NCBI GenBank assembly: GCA_020137815.1
Contig: CM035353.1
Location: 1,364,001 to 1,428,000 of the forward strand
Direction: 5' to 3'
Source of the DNA: Hormiphora californensis
Lineage: Eukaryota; Animalia; Ctenophora
Length of the DNA: 64,000 bases
Below, piece by piece: positions 44,207-64,000 of the stretch. The position numbers and the translations under genes are program-made. The notes under the pieces were generated by a model, which saw only the letters and a list, made by a program, of their open reading frames with translations, had not been told where the DNA came from and made no database searches. Every line of letters begins with the position of its first letter. Within the stretch, counting starts at the first letter, position 1.

Positions 44207-47200
44207 AATAGAGAGAGGGAGAGAGGGGAGCTAGAGGGAGAGAGATAGAAACACGGAAATGAGGACTACAGCCGCGTGTATAATTAAGTCACTATGAAGA
44301 GAGTGAATTACAAGTAACCATGCTACGAAGTCAACAGAAAGTCGAATGGGTAGGTATGTCAAATAAAAAGAGGCATTCAAATACCCAAAAAATTTGCTCC
44401 AAGACAATTTCCATAAACTTTTCTAAGCCCCCTCACTGTATGAGACCATAAACGAAATGTAAAATAGCTAAAATCAAAGACCCACATGGTGGCTCACTAT
44501 AAATTCTTTCGTGATTTGTTTACACTAAGCGTTCCACACACACAAATCACAATATTTAGTCGTTTGACACATATTTGTAAGAATGTGACACGTCAAGATT
44601 TGAGAACGCCAAGAAATTAAAAGTATACGACAGAACTAGAGAACTATTTTCTGACACACAAGCGTCAAGGACGAAAGGAACGGTGTAAGATTAATTCATT
44701 TCCTACCTATATTCCTGCATGCCCCCCTCTTGTGTCAACATCTGACACTGACCTCAATTAAATAAACAATACCTGACGGCTGACCCTCGAGGGCCCTCCC
44801 TAATACGAACTGGCAGCATACCAGCTGCTGCTCGAAAGAAGAATAAGATTACCTTCAAATAGAGGTGACCTTGCATATAGCTGGACCCGGACCCCCTTTT
44901 CGCGAGTTCAGTAAAGGAGGATTAGAACATAACAAAGGGGACCTGATCTAGGACTAGGTTGACATTGGTGCTGAAACCCTTTGTCACAGATCTGGTAACC
45001 CGGTTCACCCTTATTAATTATCAATTAATTAATTAACTAACTATTAATTAATTATAAATTACCTGCCCCATGGTAGAAATATCAGCGAGGACATCACGTT
45101 TGTTATCCTTCACCCCAGACACCACCAACAACTCCTTCATCAATTCCCCCTTACTCTCTTTCTGTTTTCCCAGGTTCACTACTTCGTTCATCGCTGCACC
45201 GTGTACTACTATCGCCTGTACGGGAAGGGGTGTGGGGTGTTAAGGGGCCTAGGCCAAGCCTTAGGGGTCTCTTTGAGTACGAGGCCAGGGGTAGTGAGGG
45301 GGCAAGATAGGGAGGGACCATGTGGGGAGGGGGCTGTGAGGAAAGGAGGGGCCAGATAGGGAGGGGCTGCACCACTGGCGAGGGACTGGAGGGGTTTGGG
45401 CATTATACTATCGCCTGTACGTGAAGGGGGTGAGGGGTACGTTGAGGGGCCAGGTGGGGGAAGGAGGGAAGAGTGAAGGAGAGGTGAAGTGGGGATTGAC
45501 CAGGGTGTACAGTAGGCCAAGCCTTATATGGGTCTCTTTGAGTCTCTTTGAGTCCCCCCTTTCTCTCTCCTATCGTGCGCTGTTCTCTCGCCAACTGATA
45601 TCTCTCTCTCTCTGAGTCAGAGAGAGTCTCTCTGTTTCCCATCTGTTTCCCACGTCTTACCTTGTCTGCAGGTCCATCCAGTAGCTCTATGTTACCCACC
45701 CTCTCCTTAATGTCTGCAACCTGTGGAATGGGGTGAAAAATAAGAAATGGACGCCGGATCATGTTGTAAATTATTTGCAGAATATAATGAAATCAGTTTG
45801 TAAAGCCGCGTTATACTTTGATCAGTTCTGATAAAGTGGACGATTTGTTTTCCTTCGTTTTCTCCCTATCCAACAGCTCCTGCATAGCTCCACTCTTTTT
45901 CTCCTTTGAATCCGCTCGACCCCTTAGTTCAGATAACGCTTCTGCTTTGTTGTCCTTGGTTGCCTTGACAGTAACCAGCTCTTTCAGGGCCTCCCTCTTC
46001 GTCTCCTTCACCTGGCCTCGCTGGTTCAACTCCGCACATAGAGACAGCTTGGTTGCCATTACACCAGGAGGAATTATGGGGACCTCGCCACTTGCATCTT
46101 CAGAAAACACCTAGAGATTGGTTGAGGGTTGAAAACTTGGCAAAGGAGTTAGGAGAGTACTTGATGTATTCAAATAGGATTGATTGATTCTATTACCGTT
46201 TCGTTGATGCTTCCCAGCTTGTGTATCTCCTGTAGAACCCCACATCGGGCATCTTTTACTGTCTTGTACTTTGAAATATCCTGTAGAGAGAGACATGTAT
46301 CCAGTAGGGGTAATATATAGTGGTAACATAGGGATAACATAGGGGTAACATAGGGATTACATAGGGATAACATAAGGATAACATAGGGATAACATAGGGG
46401 TAACATAGGGGTAACATAGTGGTAACATAGGGGTAACATAGTGGTAACATAGTGGTAACATAGGGATAACATAGGGATAACATAGGGATAACATAGTGTT
46501 AACATTGGGGTAACATAGTGGTAACATAGGCGTAACATAGTGGTAACATAGTGGTAACATAGGGATAACATAGGGGTAACATAGGGATTACATAGGGATA
46601 ACATAGGGATAACATAGGGATAACATAGGGGTAACATAGGGGTAACATAGTGGATAACATAGTGGTAACATAGAGGTAACATAGAGGTAACATAGTGGTA
46701 ACATAGGGATAACATAGTGGTAACATAGGGGTAACATAGGGGTAACATAGGGATAACATAGGGATAACATAGGGGTAACATGGGGGTAACATAGTGGTAA
46801 CATAGGGATAACATAGGGATAACATAGGGATAACATAGGGATAACAGTGTTAACATTGGGGTAACATAGTGGTAACATAGGGGTAACATAATTTTTAGGG
46901 AATGGGGAAAATGAGAAGATACACATGATTGGTGATACGTACAATCTTTCCAGCATCAGTTGCCTTGTGATGTGTGGGATATGATCTGTGGGGTGAGAAC
47001 TCTGATGAGGTTCAGATGAGGTTCAGATGAGGTGAGAACTCTGATGCACTCGCAAGCTGCACTGGTGAATTTGAAAGTGGGTGATATAAGAATTGAGAAA
47101 TGCGAGTTGGTATTATAAACGTGTGACAAGTGTCCGGCCCCTGCAGCTGATCAGTATGTAGTATGTACTGATCAGTATGTACATGAAGTACATGTAGTAC

Positions 47201-50200
47201 AACAAGTCCTATAGTATGTGGTATTACCTCCATAACGGATCTCTTTTGCTCCTTAGTGTCACTAATGCCTCGGATCTCCTTCATTGTGTTCGCTTTAGCG
47301 TCCCTCATTCTGGAGATAGTCTTCAGCTCCCTCTGCATCTCCGTCTTCCGCTCTTTGTTTCGACCTAGCGTGGAAGAGGTAATTAGCTGACTGAGTTGTG
47401 GAAGAGACCTCGGTAATTAGCCGGTAATTAGCCCACTGAATTGTGGAAGAGACCTCGGTAATTAGCCGGGTGGACTTGACTTTTTAAATTTGTCTCACGA
47501 GCACAAGACTGAGAATGTACGACTACACACTACCTAAAATAATATGCAATTCAGTGACGTTCATTATTAAAAACATGGCATAAGTTGGTCTGTGACTCGA
47601 CTGGAGAATTAACTGGAGAATTAACTTCTTTCGCGAATAGCAGCTGGTGAAAGCAGGTTTCTCCGCGCTAATTTATTATGGGGTACAATTACGAGGTAAA
47701 GATGGCAGTTTCTCAATATATAACAAGGTAACGAAGCTGCAGTATCTAGTCAGTTACCTATTGAAGCGATCTCATTCATCGTGATGTCCTTCCTCTTCTT
47801 TTCAGCCTGGAACTGGGCCAAATTTACCGAATCTGAACCTGAATGAATGATCAGATGCAGGTCAAGTCAGAATGCAACAAAAGTTGGCTTCAACAAACAG
47901 CTAGCACCAATTTATCTACCGAAGCATCACAGACGGTGTGAGCCACACGACTGACACCTTACACCTAAACACCTAAACAACTAAACAACTGACACCAACC
48001 TGCAATTGAAGATATCTTACAAAGCTCTTGAAGCACAGCTCCTTTGTTTTCCTTAGCTTCGCCCCTCTCTTCGACCTGTCCAAATAAGGAAGGGGTCAAC
48101 ACCAAATAAGGAAGGGGTCAACACCAAATAAGGAAGGGGTCAACACCAAATAAGGAAGGGGTCACCACCAAATAAGAAAGGGGTCAACACCAAATAAGGA
48201 AGGGGTCAACACCAAATAAGGAAGGGGTCAACACCAAATAAGGAAGGGGTCAACACCAAATAAGGAAGGGGTCAACACGGGGCATACGGAATTAATAATG
48301 TCATTCATGGATTACAATAATTCCAGAACTGCTAATTATCAGTCGGTTAATTAATCAATAAAACTACCTCTCTGAGTAGACTGCGTTTCTTCTCCTTGGT
48401 CGAGTTAATATCTCCAATCTCCCTGTTCACGCTCTTCAGAAGACTATCTCTTTGTTTGATTTCCATCAACCCAACTTCTTCCAGGGGCCGAACACGTGAC
48501 AAATCTGGGAGGGAGGAACTCTTATTGAACGCATGTATCGCGAGGTGAAATTAGGTGGGATATGTATGTGTAGGACGTGAAAGTGATTCGAAAAACTGCA
48601 GCTAAATCTGAGGAAACTCTACAGAATTAAAAGTAGCGTATTTGTGAGAATATTATACCAATGTCAAAGTACTGGTCTGTTTCAATACTGAAAGCCATCT
48701 TTTCCATGATCACAAAGTATACAACGTATCAGCAACACTCTCTCTTGAACTGAGGCTCTATCTCACATCTCCCGTGGTAATAGAGCCATTTACTTCCTGC
48801 TCTCTCTAGCTCTCACATTCTTATACCGACCCAATGACGGGCCGATTGCAAAAATTCACTACTAAATGGCCCATACACACATCTATAGGTATGTGTGTAC
48901 TACACAGCATAGAGTGAGTGAACGGGAATATACTGGCAAGGGATAAAAGCAAAACAAACGTATTCACCTGACTTGTTATGGACATTTTCAGGTTCAGAAG
49001 AAACTAAAGTAGGTTCTGAGGGTGTGGTGAGGGATACTGTTGATGTGCTAGAAGACTGTAGGAACACAGCATCACTTTGAGTGGCTTTGTGCGCATCAAC
49101 AGTAGTGGCCCTTTGAGTGTCCGCATCAGTAGTAGTGCCACTTTGAGTGTCCATATCAGTAGTAGTGGCACTTTGAGTGTCCATATCAGCAGTAGTGCCA
49201 CTTTGAGTGTCCGCATCAGTAGTAGTGCCACTTTGAGTGGCTTTGTGCGCATCAACAGTAGTGGCACTTTGAGTGGCTTTGTGCGCATCAACAGTAGTGG
49301 CACTTTGAGTGTCCGCATCAGTAGTAGTGCCACTTTGAGTGTCCGCATCAGTAGTAGTGCCACTTTGAGTGTCCGCATCAGTAGTAGTGCCACTTTGAGT
49401 GGCTTTGGCTACATTATCAATAGTGCCACTTTGAGTGTCCGCATCAGTAGTAGTGGCACTTTGAGTGGCTTTATCCGCCTGACTGGATCTTGGGTGTTGA
49501 AGTCGATGGTAGCGATGGTAGAAGAGAAGGAGAAGTACAAAAGGGACAACAAAGGTCCCTATCAGTACATAAACCATGCTGGAGTGATATAATTGGGTCA
49601 GCTGGGTTTGGGGCAGGGACGAGCAATAAGGCAACTGGATTCTCTGGAGTGAGAATTGGAATCATAAGTATAATGAGAGACACAAAGGCTCATATGATTG
49701 TAGTCGGTCAATAAATCCACCCCCTCTCTCTTTCTTTTTATTCTCCTTCACTCACTTCAATCTTTCTATCCCCAGCTCTCACACACATACGATCACTCTA
49801 TCTCTATCTCTCTCCTTCCCTCTCTCGCGCTCTCTCCTTCCTTCTCGATCTATCCGCACAAGTAATCCCTCTCCCTCTCATTATATCGTCAAGCATACAT
49901 ACCACGGGCAAATGAGCTGTTTAAAACATGTCTCAAGGATACAGAATTAGGCTCAACTGTACATCTTTAGATAGAAGATAGATAGAAGAATCTTAATTAA
50001 GAAGAAGAATTAATTAGGCTCAACTGTACAAGAATCTTAATACATGGCTCAACTGTACAAGAATCTTAATACATGGCTCAACTGTACAAGGATACAGAGT
50101 GGACCAACACAGAATCTTAATACATAGAAGGAACACTGTGTGTACATTTTATGCAAAAAGTTTTTGGGACAAAAGGAGGCATCAGCGAAATAATATCAGC

Positions 50201-50246
50201 GTGTGTGTGTTGTTGAACAACTTGTTCAATCTACCTCTCCCTCCCT

Positions 50247-50277
<31 letters not shown>

Positions 50278-50961
50278 GAGACCAGGAGGAATATTTCATA
50301 ACATATGTTGTTCTCCTGATAAGTGATAAGGTCCAATGCAAGCTGCGAACACCAAACAACTTGTACAGCAAATGTACGACAGTGTTATAGTGGTACTGGT
50401 GCTGCAGTGTTTCTACGTGTAAAATAGTTGCCTGAGTAGATCACAACACATTGTACATAATATCCATCGGTAGTGGCATCGGTAGTGAGCCTTGGAGCGG
50501 AAGGGTCTGACAGTATACGGAGGTATGAAATGAGGGATGAAATGAGTTATGAACTATCAAACGTACCATTTATTTCTCGGAGAAGGGATCGTTTTGCCTC
50601 TTTACTTTTGACAACCTCCATAGCGTCACACAGCACCTGGGAGAATGTCTGTGCACCGGTCAATGGTATTATAGTTGTTGATCATACATCCGGTTAACCC
50701 TTTGTGGACAAAAAGCCCCCTGTCGACTTCCAAACATGGTCTAGAAATAGGTTCAAAGTACTGGTCACCTGTGACCCAATCGTAAAAGGTTGTGCATGTA
50801 ATAGTGTATAGTGATTGTTAGTTCCCACTCAGCTAATGATCCAGGTATAATATGTTTCCACTTACCGAGTGCTTCAGATCCATAATATCTCCGAGAGAGT
50901 GAGACCTGCCCGGCCCCGCCTTATTATCGTCACATGAAATTAGGAATCCTTGGGTGATATC
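30201..50961 (-). CDS. 13 exons encoding a ~527-aa Lys/Glu-rich ~17-residue helical repeat region, in frame with glycogen synthase
   Basis: Exons 50961-50866, 50636-50567, 48504-48368, 48075-48000, 47364-47228, 46280-46197, 46110-45817, 45720-45661, 45215-45063, 31402-31294, 30836-30688, 30577-30429, 30270-30201 (TAA). All GT-AG with matching phases. Confidence 0.75.
31460..34091. mobile_element. 2.6-kb foldback-type DNA transposon, CAGGGG termini, ~930-bp TIRs, 5-bp TSD
   Basis: CTATT|CAGGGGCTGTCTCTGAGACC...GGTCTCAGAGACAGCCCCTG|CTATT. Mirrored ORFs at 31689 and 33674. Interior is made of inverted subrepeats, with no transposase seen. Confidence 0.85.
36250..42725. other. Insertion-error-rich duplicate of 42725-47920 (probable uncollapsed raw long read)
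   Basis: Colinear with the downstream copy including the exons, but full of 1-3 bp insertions that destroy the frames. Confidence 0.8.
46320..46890. repeat. 10-bp minisatellite (TAACATAGGG/TAACATAGTGG)n in an intron
   Basis: Read directly. It is the source of the MLPLCY ORFs. Confidence 0.92.
48080..48278. repeat. 22-bp array abutting the acceptor at 48075
   Basis: About 9 copies of CCAAATAAGGAAGGGGTCAACA, which on the sense strand is TTGAC plus a pyrimidine tract. Confidence 0.9.
48968..49577 (-). CDS. Putative alternative first exon: N-terminal membrane anchor plus Thr-rich DADTQS/KATQS repeats
   Basis: ATG at 49577 (MVYVLIGTFVVPFVLLLLFYHRYHR), 203 codons plus 1 nt to donor G|GTGAAT at 48968, phase-compatible with the acceptor at 48504. 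Confidence 0.6.
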
Positions 50962-51058
50962 CTAACAGATATATAATTATTAGTGATGTCAGTATACCTC
51001 ACAATTGTGATACAAGTAATATTAGTAATTAGGTAATTAATATAATTATTTTAGTTAC

Positions 51059-63860
<12,802 letters not shown>

Positions 63861-63866
<6 letters not shown>

Positions 63867-64000
63867 CTGTAAGAGAAACGTAGAGCTTAGTTTTAGAATA
63901 TCTGTAAGAGAAACATAGAGCTTAGTTTTAGAATATCTGTAAGAGAAACATAGAGCTTAGTTTTAGAATATCTGTAAGAGAAACATAGAGCTTAGTTTTA
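63861..64000 (-). repeat. 35-bp array of glycogen synthase acceptor plus first exon bases (runs off the window)
   Basis: AAAACTAAGCTCTATGTTTCTCTTACAG|ATATTCT, with 4 acceptors visible including the used one. Confidence 0.9.

Noticed and set aside
46170-46956. MLPLCY repeat ORFs, plus the SLSL, ERER and VVRE ORFs elsewhere
   Set aside because: They are translations of micro- and minisatellites.
46935-46990. Possible extra small exon of the repeat tail
   Set aside because: It has an in-frame TGA and an incompatible phase, and skipping it preserves the repeat periodicity.

Overview
Eukaryotic (animal) genomic DNA with GT-AG introns. The style (LDLa-only GPCR, acceptor-like AGs just before several ATGs) suggests a non-bilaterian such as a ctenophore, but that is inference. 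Manual splicing recovers the 3' end of an unknown + strand gene (1-252), dynein light intermediate chain (-, 7826-11272), RhoA (-, 12767-13932), an intronless LDLa-repeat GPCR (-, ~15100-18615), 1-Cys peroxiredoxin 6 (+, 21787-29272) and glycogen synthase (-, 5' end beyond 64000). Three observations stand out. (1) Many exon/intron junctions are tandemly amplified into the intron (45 donor copies at Prdx6 exon 4; arrays on both sides of one glycogen synthase exon), and the intronic copies of exon sequence differ almost only at synonymous codon positions. (2) Glycogen synthase has no stop after its GSK3 phospho-cluster and splices in frame through 13 more exons (~527 aa) of ~17-residue helical repeats. 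(3) A separate exon with a membrane anchor and TQS repeats can splice in phase onto the same tail. Introns also hold hAT- and Kolobok-type MITEs, long foldback palindromes and a Helitron. Stretches at ~14.1-15.9 kb, ~18.9-19.9 kb and ~34.2-42.7 kb look like unpolished long-read sequence.
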